DNA from: the human T2T-CHM13v2.0 reference genome, Homo sapiens
Length of the DNA: 64,000 nt
NCBI RefSeq assembly: GCF_009914755.1
Contig: NC_060930.1
Strand: one strand, 5' to 3'
Shown here: one piece after another, positions 13,550 to 27,706 of the stretch
Position numbering within the stretch: position 1 is the stretch's first letter
Layout: the number at the start of each line of letters is the position of its first letter
Made by a program: the position numbers and the translations under genes
The notes under the pieces: generated by a model
The model's input: only the letters and a program-made list of their open reading frames with translations
The model's database searches: none
What the model was told of the DNA's origin: nothing

Positions 13550-13639
13550 ATATGATGGTTTACTCTTTGATCAAAATTTATGGTTATTTTATAAAGCTGT
13601 ATCAGATAGGATAGGAAAATATACAGAACAAGTCCTATA

Positions 13640-13872
13640 GTTTAGAAGTAATCAAACTGTGGCCCTATAGTAGGGCTGCCAGAAACTCTCACTGTAGGAT
13701 TTTGTACATAAAGTTTTACTGGAACACAGCCACACTCATTTGTTTTTGTATTACCTAAGGCTGCCTTTGTGCTTCATGGCCAAGTTAAGTAATTGTGGCA
13801 GAGACTGTATGGCCCACAAAATCTAAAATATTTACTCTCTGGCCCTTTGTTGAAAAAGCTTGCTGATCCCTG
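13640..13872. mobile_element. MER58A-like hAT-Charlie DNA transposon
   Basis: taaagttttactggaacacagccacactcatttgttt...ctaaaatatttactctctggccctttg...tgctgatccctg. Confidence 0.8.
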
Positions 13873-16800
13873 CTCCGGAACATTGGCTGCTATTCTTTTA
13901 GCCCTAGGGCTTCTCAAATTCACCATTTTATATATAATATGGTGTCTTAATATGTATTTCACTGCAGACAAAAATTAGGCAGTTTATGTAAACATTTTAT
14001 AATATAGACTATAAGACATACTATAATTAAAAATATAAGAAATATATTTCAGTGTATCAATAAAATGCTATACTGTAGGCTATAGCTCATAAAATGATTG
14101 ATTTTTATGTTTTTCCTGTAATACCACAAAGATGATTCCAAACAATAAATTCACTCACGAGAAGTTACTGTTGCAGTTTAGCATCTTATTCAACTTCAGT
14201 TTTTGTAGAATATTTAAAAAATTGTTGTATTTGTATATTAAACTGCAATCACCTTGTCGTATTTTTCCCTATATATGCCTATATTAATATTAATAACTTT
14301 GCTAAATTTTTAAAGTTCTCATATGTTGATGCTAAGAAAATTCTCTTCTTTATGAAAATATGCTTAGTATAAGTTTTTGTGGCATTCTAGCTGCACTGAT
14401 TATCAAGTGAGTCCATTGTGTCATTATCTAGAAGGCCATGACCATTGTGGTTTTATTCACCTAAAGTTAGCACAGCAATAACTGAAGCTGAAGCAGTAGG
14501 AGGTTCAGAGGTTTTCAGACAGATATTTTTTCAGACCTTCATAAATGTGTCTCTGGTATCTGATGGCTTCATTGATGCTACTTTTTCCTTTCATAAATTA
14601 TTCAGTCTGATATGCAAATTCTTTACTCCTATAGGAATGTAACTGTTAAACTCAGTAAAGTCCAACAAACTCTATTGAAAAACAATACCTTGCTGCAAGT
14701 TGATGTTTATTTGGGCTGCTATCTTCTTGTATAAGCTTACTGATGACATTAATTGACGATTCTTCATCATAAATAAAAGCTTCTTTAAATACTTGTTCAA
14801 AGTTCTAATTCTTTAAAAATATCTTTTCTCTAGAGAATATTACTTGATCACCTAAAGAGATGCCCCAATCTAAATTTACCTTGTACCCTTATTCTACCAA
14901 TCTTTTTCTAAAATGCATCACAATAATCTGATTGTTTAGATTTCAGATCATTAGGAGTTTTTGAATTATTCTGAACATGGGAATCTTTTTTAAAACATTT
15001 GCAGAATCACCGAAGCGCTTGAGCTATAAAATAGATTGTTTGACTTTATTGTGGGATGTAACGTGAGACTTACGTACATTTACACAATAAATTATGGCAT
15101 AGCAGGATAGAATTCCCTTTGAATGCTTTAAAACAGAATTTATCAAGGTTGGTATAAAATAGCATTAATTTTAACACTCCAAAATGACAGCCCTTGGATC
15201 CTTATGTATGACAACCAGGTGCAAACTGCTACTTATTGGTTGTGGAACAGGTTCTCAACTCCTGAAAAGGTGATGTCCACAGACTGACAATATAAGGACT
15301 AGATGAAGCATTCAGTAGAATCAATCCTGTCAAAAGCTGATCAAATGAATTGCCATCCAGGGCCATGATAGTAAGAAAACAAGTCTAGAAAGTTAAGTAT
15401 GCAAGCCAAGAAATTCTCTAGAAGAAGAGAGAGTTTCTTAGAAAAGAGAGGGCATTTGGGGCAACGTGAAGGAACTGGAGCAAGTCAGTATTTCAGAGAC
15501 AGGCACTACTCAGAACTAAAAATTTTGTTTCTTTTCCCAGAAGTCCACTTTTGTAGAAAGAATCTTGTGTGGTGATTCATCCTATATTTCACTTAAAGTA
15601 AAACTTCAGTGAATATAAAGGAAAATACTGATAATCTAGTTAGATGAAGTCATTCTGAAAACCAAAATCCTCAGCCCTTGGTGCCCATTTGGTCAAAATG
15701 GTGACTGAGAGAGTCTTGCAAAATCAGTTAATGAGTGTGTCTGTGTGAAGACACTGTTCCCAGAGAACTTAAGAAGCTAATATCATAAAGAAGCAGCTGT
15801 TTTTATGGTGTTCTAAAACCATGGCAAAATTGTCCTGGCAAATACTCTTTCATGTTTCCTCAAGCAGTTTTCTTCTGGGTCTAATTTACTTGAGTTACTC
15901 TTAAAGGGTCTCACAGACAGTTAGAGAATTCATGTAACTTCCAGTGGTGCTAAATATGGTAACAGATTACGTTTAACTCTTGGTTCCCGGATTCACACAT
16001 CATCAGAGACCGTACTTAGTGGTTAATATCCTTCCAATACCTATAGAAGCACTGAGTCTTTGACCACTTTCTCTTCCCAAGGACTCAGTCCCTGGTGGTG
16101 CCAGCTATGATTCTAACTTGTCACTTCATTTAGCTGTTAAAGGGGTGTGACACTCTTGAGTGAAAAAATGCCGCCTCAATAGTGTTTTCTCGCTTCTATA
16201 ATCCACAGGTTACCACTTATTGAAAATAATTCTAAAGAATGTATACAAAATGAAAACAAGAAAGTTACTAGCGTATTATCTAACAGTAGGTTAATAAATT
16301 GTAAAATTTTTTTTAAATTTCAAAATTTTAAAATCATCCTCATGAGGTTTATGTTTGGGGTGAAATATTTCTGTTATTTTACAAGAAAAATGGTTTGTTA
16401 GATTTTTCTAAGTAAATTTCCAGAGAAAAATTATCAGTTCTTAACATGTGTGTCACCTCAGGGCTTTGTATCCCACATTTGCTTCAACGTGAAATATGTG
16501 CATCTTCCAGAGTAACTTATCCAGCATCCCCTTAACTTTGACTCTGCTTGTCAGCAGTTATAATTCTTTGTTTTGTTTTGCTTTGCTTTACATAGAATCA
16601 GGAGTACTTAAGAGTACTGTTAAAAAATAAATAACTAGGTTGAATTGTTTAACTGTTTCACTTGGAGCAAAAACATATGTACAATACCATAGAATATGTA
16701 TCTCAGGTCTAATATTCTCAAAGTGAAGATTTTTTTCTAAAGTTAACATTTAAGCTAGGAAACTGATTTATATTAATGGAGTGAAGCATATTCTGAGCAG

Positions 16801-17457
16801 TATGAAGTATTAATTTGTACATTAACTATACTTTACACTTACATCAATGTCATACTTCAATAAATTAAGTGATTTGCATATAAATCACATTATTCTAAAA
16901 TAAACCTACACTTTGAAATTTAGCTAGGTAATAGCAGTAAATTCTTTTAAGTCAAGACTCTGAACAATGTATTAATATACTGTGGTGGCATTTTTCCTCT
17001 GACACCAAGGATAAAAATAGTACACTAAACAACACAATTTTATAAAATGTATTTATGGAATGTGGAGTCATGAGGACTCTAATAAGGATGAAGTATAGCA
17101 TTTAGTTATGTTCTTTTGTAATTGTAATACTTATCACCCAGTACAGACTTGCAGTAGACATTCTTAATCTAATATTAGTTCTAATCTAATAAAGCCTTAC
17201 TGTTAAACATTGCATAAAAATAACTGTCCCCTTTACATTTATTCAGAACAGCTATGATTTTGCCTAAGAGATTCGGTAAGTGTTCTGTTATGAGTTCATT
17301 TAAGAAAATCAGTTCTGTGTAGCAGTATTATTAGGTAGCTGGCGACTTCTGGTAAGCTTGGATGGACAGAAGGCTCTGTCAATCAAAATAAGTAAACTGG
17401 ATGGTTCCATTTCCAAGAGAAGTGAATGACTCAAAGCATGAGATCACATGAATGCAG

Positions 17458-17458
<1 letters not shown>

Positions 17459-17496
<38 letters not shown>
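17459..17496. repeat. (CA)n microsatellite
   Basis: Direct reading. Confidence 0.98.
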
Positions 17497-17499
<3 letters not shown>

Positions 17500-17949
17500 T
17501 CACACCTTGCATCCTCATGGTATGAAGTAGGAAAATGAGATGAGGATTTGGACACTATGAGCAAATTTTGCCCACTTTGCCCCCAAATATAACACTCAAA
17601 TCATGTTTGTTTTCATTACCTGAATACTTCAAACAAAAAAGTGCCTCATTTCATACTTCACTTATGTATTTAAACATAAAAGATATATTTCTCTAGAAGT
17701 GGGGATTTTTTTCTAAGTAGGAATAATTATTGTCCAATAATCTTATCCTAATAATGTGATAGTAAAAATTGAACAAATATAGAGCCTAATTTATGCTAAA
17801 ACCCATATTCTATCTACTAAATTACTTTAAATTTGCCCTAAAATGTTTATTTTAATAGGAAAACTTTTACTAAGTTAATTTTGCTCCCCATGGAGTAAGT
17901 ATGAAGTAAATCATAGCCATCATTACTTTACTATGCTAATATTAAATAC

Positions 17950-18150
17950 TCAGAGTTAGACTGCCTGGGTTTGAATTCCAGCTCAAAATCTTACTCTCTA
18001 ATTTAGAGCATGACACTTGGTCTCTCTAAATGTCAGTTTTCTCTTTTATAAAACAGGAATTATATTGCATCTACTTCTAGCTTTATCTTAAGGATTAAAT
18101 AAGATTATTCATAAAAGTGTCAGCACCTGGTATGTAAATATTTGGTAAAC
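17950..18150 (+). mobile_element. MIR
   Basis: agactgcctgggtttgaattccagctc...tcagttttctcttttataaaacagg. Confidence 0.7.
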
Positions 18151-18434
18151 AACAGATATAATTTTAACAATAAACAGTTTGATGATTCTATTATTCTAGC
18201 CTTACTGTGGGACCAGATTAGAACTTATTTGAAGGAATGTATACACTTCATCTTAGCCAAAAGGCCAAGAAGCAAACACTTGGGGGAATTTATATTAGTT
18301 ATTGAAAATATATTTACAGGAAAATGTTAAAGTCACATATCTTATGTAACCTTGACCTCTTAAAACAAACTAGATGTCAGAAAACCAGTGAATTCCTCAC
18401 TTATTATAAATATGTACAAGAATATAAACTTTTA

Positions 18435-18700
18435 CAATAATAATAATAACAGCCATTTACTCAAAAAGTGTTATATGCTAAATGCTATCAGGAGCCTTCT
18501 TCACATTATTTCATTCACTCCTTACAACACCCCTGTGAGGTAAGATTTATTGTCACTATTTCACAGATTAGGAAACAGATCTAGAGAGAGAGAGGGAAAA
18601 AAAATTAAAAACTTCCCCTAACTTGGTACGGAGAAAATAGTAGAGTCAGGATTTGAACCTCTATCCATGGAAATCCATAGCTCTTGCCCCTTTGCCATAT
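18435..18700 (-). mobile_element. MIR
   Basis: ccttacaacacccctgtgaggtaag...tttcacagattaggaaacaga...caggatttgaacc. Confidence 0.75.
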
Positions 18701-21700
18701 TACCTCATCTGGACAGCTCCTCAAATATTCAGATTTCATTTACACAGGCAGGTCTGAATTAGATCTTAAATTTGTTTGCCTGCCAGTTTAGTGAGTGAAC
18801 TGCAGTTTGCTTCGGACATCCTGCTCCAAGGAGGGCTGTGTCCCTTCCCTTTAAATCCAAGGACCCCTTTTAAACTGTATCTGACCCTAGGGATTCTGAC
18901 TCCCCCACCTTCATAAGATTGTGTTCACCTATTAAGAATCATTATGCATATGGTTTTTCACCAAATGAGAGGGTTTTGTCTAGCTTTACCTTCCAAAATA
19001 AGTATCATGGAAAAAAATTTGCTTGGTTTCCAAGTACAGGTTACATTTGAAGTGTGTTTTCAAACATTCCGCGCTTGACTCTCTGGAGATTCTTAATCTA
19101 CCCTGCATGCCCACGTCCAGGCAGCTCAATCATGGGCACTCTCCAGATTAACCTTAATGCAACACCTAATGTAGAAATTTTTCTCTTACATTCTCCACCA
19201 AATAAATATATATAATTTATTTATCAAAAACAAAATTGTTTAACTTAGTACCATGGCTTTATAAAAATATAAAATAAATCAACCTTCTGGAAGTAAAAAA
19301 AAGCTGTATATATTAAAGCACTTAAGAAGTACATCTGATAACATGATGAGAGAGTGGCCAAGCTGCATGTCTTAAAAATAGCTGGACTAACTATCATCAT
19401 TATATGAGGATATGCTTTGTATGATGGGTCTTTTCACCATAAACTCTGAAGCCCTCAGCACTGCAGTGAGATGAGACTGAATGAGGCAGATCCATTGTTC
19501 CCTAACAGTCTTTGTATTTCTTTTCTGCTGGAAAATGAAATGACTATGATCTTTGAATCTTGATTTTCCCTAAAAAGACATTTTATGAGAAGACTGCAGC
19601 TTCAGAAAATAAAGGCAGATGCTGTTACAGTTTATGTAAGTGCAGACAAGGCCAATCACTGTTGTGAATTATAATGAACTTTCTAACAGTGCTGGTCCAG
19701 ATGTAGCATTAATGCTTCAGAGACTCAGAAACTTATAGGCAAGTAGTATAAAAGCTAGAGAATTTTAAGCCATTTGGCTTCCTCTCTATATTTCTAGCCT
19801 CACCTAATTTTTCTGTGCTTAATTTTAGACTTCCTAAGTTTAAAACATAATTTAAAATGCCTAATGCATGTGACAATTTATTATAGAAATTGAGGCCATT
19901 AAATGAGGAGGAAAAAAAAAGACAACTTAGCTTTATTCTATCAATGGAATACTTCCTGCCTATGAAATTGTTAGGCTTTATAAAACAAGAATGTTTTCCA
20001 CTTTAGAGAAAAATACCTCTTAAGCAGAGAATCACCTGTATATCTGTGTAATTTAGAAAATTCTCTAATGAGTGAAGGTATAGTCAAATCTACACACAGG
20101 ATTGAATTTTTAATCATAATTAGTATTCATAGAAAAAAATGACCACAAAGAAACAGTTTTGTAAGCCTACTTGTTGGCTTTACTTGTTAAAGGTAGGAGA
20201 ATAAAACTTGAATTATCAGTGAAAAACTATTGCTCTTACATGGAATAACTGTCATTTAATTGTCTTATCTATAGACATATATTGATACAATATAGCACTA
20301 AAATAAGCAGAAACATAAGAAGGACAAAGTAATAGAAGGACAGGAAAAAGAAAAAGAAACTTGCTCACTCTGCAGCTGATTTTATTTCTTAATGGTTTCT
20401 TATTCCCTTCTAATGCCTTCCACTCACACCCCAAGTAGAGCAGTTGGCAGGGAACACAACAGATGGATGACAAGCTCACCACATGCCATGTATCTGGCAC
20501 CCAGGCACTTGACTTTTATTTGCTAAACAGTCAGATTTCAAGAACCTAGTCTGCTAATGTTCCTGTTTGGTTTAATGTACTACCAGCTTCTAGCACGTAA
20601 ATATTAAAATATTGCCATAAGAAAGCTCACACACTCTGTGTTTCTCTGCATAGTTAAGTGGCTAATTATTTTATTCTTGGTGTAGATACTGAACAGTGGA
20701 TTTAAACATATAACTGGTATTTTATAAAGACATCTATGATTTTAGATATTAGAGTTTCCTTAAAGTGGCTCTATCTAAAGGAGCTTTTAGCCAGACACAT
20801 CAGGGACTGCCAAAGCCGGTGTAAGGTATTGAATGAACCTGTTAGGGAAGACTAGAAGATTTGAGCAGATGATCACAGATGATTGGTATCTTTCTTTTCT
20901 ATCTCCATCACTGCATTTTCAGATTATTAAACTCAAAACACATGCATTTTTTTCATGAATTCTCCCAGGCCACCAGGCAAAATTACAGCTTATCCACTCA
21001 GCTCACATAGCACTTTATTTATATCACCAATGTAGAGTGTGTCTATACACCCTGCTAAAATGTGAGCTCCTGGAGTAGAAGGACTTGGGGTCTGTCTCAT
21101 CTCTAATCCCAGCAACTGACCCAGCGTATGGTACCTGGCTGGTTCTGGATAAGTGTTTGTTGAGTTGTTCAGAATTCGAGGACTTAGCCCCAAGCCAGAA
21201 ATAGAGAAGAGAAATAGAGAATGACTGTTAGAAAACTTCGCTGAGGAAAGATCGGAAAAGCACCCCAATGCCAGCAACACTTCAGTGAAAGTCCTTCGTA
21301 CTTTCTACAGAAGCATAATTTAGGGAAACAAGGGAATCTCTTCTTTGCACAACAAAGTTTACAGGTATTGCTTCCTAGAATTAAATATAATAGAAGTGTG
21401 TGCATCTCCAGAATTTGCTTTCCATTTTCTCTTGGAGAAAGTATGCTCTTCCCTCTCTCTCAAACACAAATATTCAAGTTATATTGCTTTCTTTTTATCC
21501 AAACTAGATTTGAAAATCTCCTAACTTTCTTACAACATTGTTAGGGTGTGTTCCTTCTCCATATCTTCATAACCATTTACTTCAGGGCTAAAGATAAGTA
21601 ACCAATGGCTTCAGTACATTTAAGGTCCAGTAGAAGTAATTGATATGGAATAGAACTATAAATTACTCATCATGAGGAATACTCCAGGCAGGAAATAGTT

Positions 21701-22300
21701 TTCAGTTACTGCTATATCATTGTCCTCAATTAGGAGCTGACTGATGACACTGTCCTTCTCTTTATATCTTAAATCATCTTTCACTTGTTAGAATTCTGTA
21801 TTCAGATGTCAATCACTATACTTCAGATATTTCAGTAGATGATTCACATTAAATAAGTATTTCTGTAGTATTTTTATGAAGTTTTAAGTTTGGTTTAAAG
21901 ACTCTCTTACAGTTAGTCTCATAATAAAGTGAAAAGCCCAAACATTTGTGCCTGACACTTTCAGGAAATCATCACAGTTACATAGGAGCCCAGATTTTGT
22001 AGTGGGTTCTACAACATTGACTAAGGCTTAATTCTCTAGCTTTGCTATGTGTAGGAAGAAACTTTTACCTCTCCAAGACATTTCAAAATTACTTGGGTTT
22101 TCTTTTTGTTTTTTTATTTGAATAACTCTTAGTACAACTTGTATTTAATTAATTTGAAAAAGGATTGTAAAATAACATCCCTTTGACAGGAAAACTTAAG
22201 GATTGTAGTTGACTACAAATGTAGCATATGTAAACAATTTAGTTTTAAAAAGAAGCACGTTGTATTAATAGAAGTACAAAACTGTATAGTAGCCACAGCA

Positions 22301-22302
<2 letters not shown>

Positions 22303-22352
<50 letters not shown>

Positions 22353-22368
22353 AAGAGAGAGAGAGAGA
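22303..22368. repeat. (TG)n(AG)n compound microsatellite
   Basis: Direct reading. Confidence 0.98.
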
Positions 22369-25300
22369 TGGTCCTGTTCTGTATTCTATGTGAGTAAGAC
22401 CATTTCTGGAATGATGTGCTGAGTTCTGAGAGCCACATTTTAAAAGACATGACTGACCCGTGTGTGCCCAGAGAACAGGGACCATAGTATTAAGAGACTC
22501 CAAACTATCATTTGAAAAATGAGTGGTTTACTGAATAGAAGGCTTGATAGTGGCACAAAGGGATGTCATGTATAAGACCTATAACTTTTTTTCTGTGTAA
22601 TTGCAGACAGAAGAAATAAGACTGATGGGCAAAATATGGGGAAGGTTAATTTGGGTTCAGAAAGCATTTATTCAGTAACCACACAGTGAATTTTTTTTCT
22701 TTGCTCTCCACAATGCAAATTAAGCAGCAAAAGTATTTGACTTTAAGAAGCTTTCAATAGAGTTGGTGCCTCATCAGATTCTTTGGTGGAGTTGTTATAC
22801 ATAAATGCATGAATTTATATTTGTCCTTAAATTTAAGAATGCCCATCCTGCTTGTTTTCTAGGCACATGCACCTGTATATACATACATACACACATATAC
22901 ATATACACTCAGGATAATAGATTTTAAGAGAGTAGATGTTGTTAGCTACCACTAACCACCCATACATACATTACCATGATCAAGACATGTATTGACCCAT
23001 AAGAATAAATAATAATAGGATCTAATTCATTTAAGATTAAAGTTTCAAATTGGCCTTATCCTGAGCATTAATGTGATTAAAATATCCCTATGCATTGGCC
23101 GCATTAAGGATCCAAAAAATATAAAGAATTCAAAAAGTTTGAGATTTTAAATTCTTTGCTATATATATATTTTTAACTTGGTAATTTATTTCTTAGAATG
23201 AAGTCCCAAAATATAGAAGGAAAAAATTCTCCCCTTGAAATAAAAGCATTCAGATTGGATATCTGAAAAAAATTTAAAAATATAGGTTTTTAAAAATTTC
23301 CTGAAACGTTTAATGGACTGCCAACAGTTTAAGAACCATAAAATATTTCAATTTCTAAAGATTATGGCTGAATAAAGCAGGACTATAGTCAGTAATGTAG
23401 AGGTCACCTTAGTAATACACAAAATCAAAATCAGATTTACTTTTTTCTGCCTATTTTATTGGTTTTAGTCCTAGAATCCTGGCATTCCACTTCTGATATT
23501 TCTTCTAGTTATTTCATGCAATATTCAACTTAAGTAAATTTTCTTTTAATAAATATGAACTAATGAATGGGGAAGTATGATATATTTCAAGTGGACACTA
23601 AATTTATATAGAAGGTTATACTCCTAGAAAAATATGCTCTAAGTAAAATGATAGGTCAATTTTTTCAGTACAGAAATGTTATAATAGGATCTCGGACATT
23701 TTAATCAAAGGCTGAATGTCTAACTGTTAAAAAAAATCACCACAGGATAGTATGTAACTTTCTACTTTCTGGATCAAATGCTGGTTATTTGCAATTTTTT
23801 TGTTTCCCTGCTTGCTTTATCTTTATTTGCTTGGTCTCATTTATACTGGGTTTGCAAACTATAGCCCTAGGGAATGTGATTTTTTTTATCAAATGTCCTT
23901 CAGACAATATATGTTTCCTGCACAATAAGAAATACATTACTTCCAATGTCAAAAGAATCAAGAAAACTAATAATTTATAGTTTATGACCAGCTATGCTTA
24001 CTGTTGAAAAATATGCAGTGATTACAAGGACGTAAAATTAAATCCAGTGATCAGTTTTTCAGAAAGCAACCAGCTGACCCTAAACATCACCTAACTTTGT
24101 CCCAAAAACTTCTCAAAGAGGTTATTTTGAATTTTGGAAAGGGTACTTTTTGATTGTCCTGTGAAGTTAAAGACATGCTATGTGTTATAGTAATAACCCA
24201 GGCAACGATACTATCGGCAGCAACATTAGATTTTGCCTGCTTTATATTACACATATTTATTAACTTATCTTCCTGTAGTTTGAATTTGTACCTGAAAAGG
24301 AATACAAGTCCTTTCATAGAAAACCCCGTAATGAAAAAAAAACCCTCAGAAATAAGTTTTGAAAGTTATGGTTTCTATGGGAATCATTTATTGTGATTTT
24401 CTTTCAATAATGAACTAAAGTATTGATTGGAAGCCAAAGAAGAAGCATCTTATTTCTTCTTGGACTGAAATTTTGAGGAAGGAGAGGCAGCAGGAGTTCA
24501 GAAAAGAAAACTAATGTGTACCTTCCAGTAATTTTAGGAGGATATTTATTTTATGAATAGAATTAAATTTGCCCTCAAAGTGCTTGTGGCACCTAGAACT
24601 ATAAACCTGGGTGTCAGAGGGAGCATAAAGAAAGACTTCTTCTGTTGACATAAGGTAGGTTTTAGATAAACACATTTCCTATGAGATAATCAGTGATGTC
24701 CACTGAGTTATCGTTGAGTCTAGAATTATGTTTATAAAACACATTCAGTCAAGAAAGAGCAGAGACCATTTAATGCTGGCCACAGGAAAACACAGTGTTT
24801 TAATTACAACAATCATAAAACCTGTGTCCATTAAAGACATATTCTCAATATCACAGCTCTAGAGAGTTTTGGTACCCAATTAACAGTGCATCTGGGTGTA
24901 ATCCTAACCTGACATATGGCAGGCTAGGACTTTGGGTGCCAGTACCCAGAGCACCTGGTGCATGAGTGGGCTGTGAGCAAAGAAAAAGGGGAGATACTAT
25001 CACAACCTTTTTTCCCAAAAAAGTATTTTTGGCAGTGTATACCGTATTGGCGTACTTTAATGGATAATATGCCATATCTCATGATCGTATGTAACTAGTA
25101 ATATGATATAAAACATTATACTGGATCAACTGATGAAAATAATCTGCTCCTTATGGACAAGTGGACATACTTCTGTGATGAGTAACAGGAGCTCCATTTC
25201 CATAGACTGTTTCCTGGCACCAAATACTTAATGTGTTTTCACTATCACTTTATCAAATGATATTGGAAGTTTCTAATAGATTTGTGTGATGCCTGAGGTC

Positions 25301-26771
25301 TAAAACTATAACAATTTGTTTAATGATAGAAATGTATTTATTATATAGATAAGTAGATTATATTTTGTTGATTCTGTAACATTTAATTACATTTAGCAGC
25401 AAAGTTTTACTTTAGTGTTTAGTATATACTGTGATGATAGCTGTTTTACCGTAGAATACTTTGATAATTTAATCTAATCTAAGAAAAACCTCAATCTTTA
25501 AAATAATATGTGTGCATGTATGTAGCAGACATCTCTGGTAAGAACCACTAAAACTGTCCTTAAAATGTTTTAATTAATGAAATAATGAAAAATTTCCTTA
25601 GATTTAGACAGAATATTGCTATTTTAAAGTTTAAAGATGTGACTTTTTTCTTCATAGATTTTGAATTTTGCTTAAATAATTCAAATAAATGATAGCTAAT
25701 TGCTTTCTAGGGAATGTTTAAAAACTGTTATCTTATAAATTAATTGTAAATATTTGATAGAAATAAAGCAGTTCCATGAAATTGTTAGCGTATTTTGAGC
25801 TGTCTAAACCTGGAAACTCAGAAGCCAAAGTAAATTCCTATAAGCAGGAAAATTCCTAAAACTCTATTGAGAATATGCACATCCTCTCAAGAGTATCTCA
25901 TTCTAGCCTGTGTGCTGTTTACAAACCAGACTTGTCAAAGAGATGACCCCAGAATTCCAGCAATGGAAACTAAAAGCCATCTGTCTTTTTACCCAAGACA
26001 GAAACCAGATGAACAGGAAGAACTAAAAAGTCTTCCAAGTAATTGCTTTATATTAAATGGCATTGGGTATGTATTCAAAATTGATCTAATGGCAATCACC
26101 AGATATGGGTAATAAAGTAAACATGCTTGTACATATATAAGAATACACACACACACACACATATATATAATATATATAGTGAGAAAAAATTCCGATTTTA
26201 GGCAAGAAGTCACTTAAAGCCAGAATTAAATCTTTTTCCAAAGACAGTGTAGGAAGGCAGCTAGGTATGCAGAGTTGAAGTGTTTGGGCTCAAATTCCAA
26301 GTCTACCACCTATTACTGTGCAATGACCTGTAAGAAGTTCATTGAGGCAGTATTATCTGCCTGATAGTTTTGTTGTCAAAACAGCAGTGCCTGGCCCATA
26401 GAAAGCACGATGTCAGACTTCAATATTATTCCCAGAAGTTTCAAAGAGAGAAAATGAAATGAGATACTAAATAACATGTGGAAAAACATAGGCTGTAGGA
26501 GACCTCAGTCCCAATCAGGTAAGTTACTAGTTAGGTGACCTTTGACATGTTACCAAACCTCTCGGAGCCTCCATTTCCCTATTTTAAAAATTGAGGTGAC
26601 AGTCCTGGATTTGAGAAATAAGGAACAGATGGAAAGTCCCTATGCATGATAGATATTCAGTATTAGGCTACCTTTCCCCACAACACTAGAGCTATTTGTT
26701 AAAGACCACAAAAACGTCTATGTTCATATATCTTTATGGATCATAAACATTATTCTGTGTACTTCTTTTAG

Positions 26772-26816
26772 GGTGAAAATGGTTTACATGGTGCTCCAGG
26801 ATTCCCTGGTCAAAAG
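26772..26816 (+). CDS. COL19A1: Collagen XIX exon, 45 bp (about exon 10)
   Basis: ttcttttag|GGT...AAG|gtaaag; GENGLHGAPGFPGQK. Confidence 0.97.
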
Positions 26817-27399
26817 GTAAAGAGTTCTTGAATGTTTCATCTGAGTTAAGAATTTTAACGTGTTAAAAATAAATTTGCACATAATATTCTGAAATTGTAT
26901 TTGATTAAGCTGAATTCACTCAAAGACTTTTAGAAAGCTATGGATGTCTTTTCAAAGAGAACTTGTGGAAGCAATCCCCTCTTGAAGGGACCATTCTAGG
27001 AGGAAGCTTTATCACAGAGCTTTAGTAACATGCTCCTCCAAAGAACTAAATGGTAGTAGTGCTTTCTGGGGTCCGTGATAGCTGCTCTGGAAACGTTTCT
27101 GCTTTTATTAGTCAGAGTCTAAAATGTAAAATAGAACAAACTGTACTCCCTTTGACTAGTTTTGTTACCTCTTGCTTATCTTCTTTTTTGTATATCCCAG
27201 ATAGAGCTAAACATAATAGTTAGAATGACATAAAATATTATATATTACAAAGATGCTGTAGACAACTACCTCTTCAAAAATATTTTTCTTTCAGAACAAG
27301 GGATTCCTAATAAGCAAGGAGTTTTGCATGGGCCAGGCTGCCTCTTCCTGTGCCTAGTATCTTTCTCTTTAACAAGATGAACTTCCTTTGTGCCCCCAC

Positions 27400-27706
27400 T
27401 TTTTTTTTTTTTTTTTTTTTTTTGAGACGGAGTCTCGCTCTGTCTCCCAGGCTGGAGTGCAGTGGCGCGATCTTGGCTCACTGCAAGCTCTGCCTCCGTT
27501 CACGCCATTCTCCTGCCTCAGCCTCCCGAGGAGCTGGGACTACAGGTGCCCGCCACCACAGCCGGCTAATTTTTTTTTGTATTTTTTTAGTAGAGATGGG
27601 GTTTCACCATGTTAGCCAGGATGGTCTCGATCTCCTGACCTCGTGATCCACCCGCCTCGGCCTCCCAAAGTGCTGGGATTACAGGCGTGAGCCACCACAC
27701 CCGGCC
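27400..27706 (-). mobile_element. AluY
   Basis: Diagnostic ctgcaagctc, ttcacgccattctcc, gttagccaggatggtctcgatctcctgacctcgtga; CpG-rich; no TSD found. Confidence 0.93.

Noticed and set aside
13550-13557. AT donor as a U12 (AT-AC) splice site
   Set aside because: U12 donors need ATATCCTT. This reads ATATGATG, and the next exon's acceptor is AG.
19372-19381. MEF2 site TTAAAAATAG (also near 31083 and 35052)
   Set aside because: Expected by chance in DNA this AT-rich, and not supportable without conservation or ChIP data.
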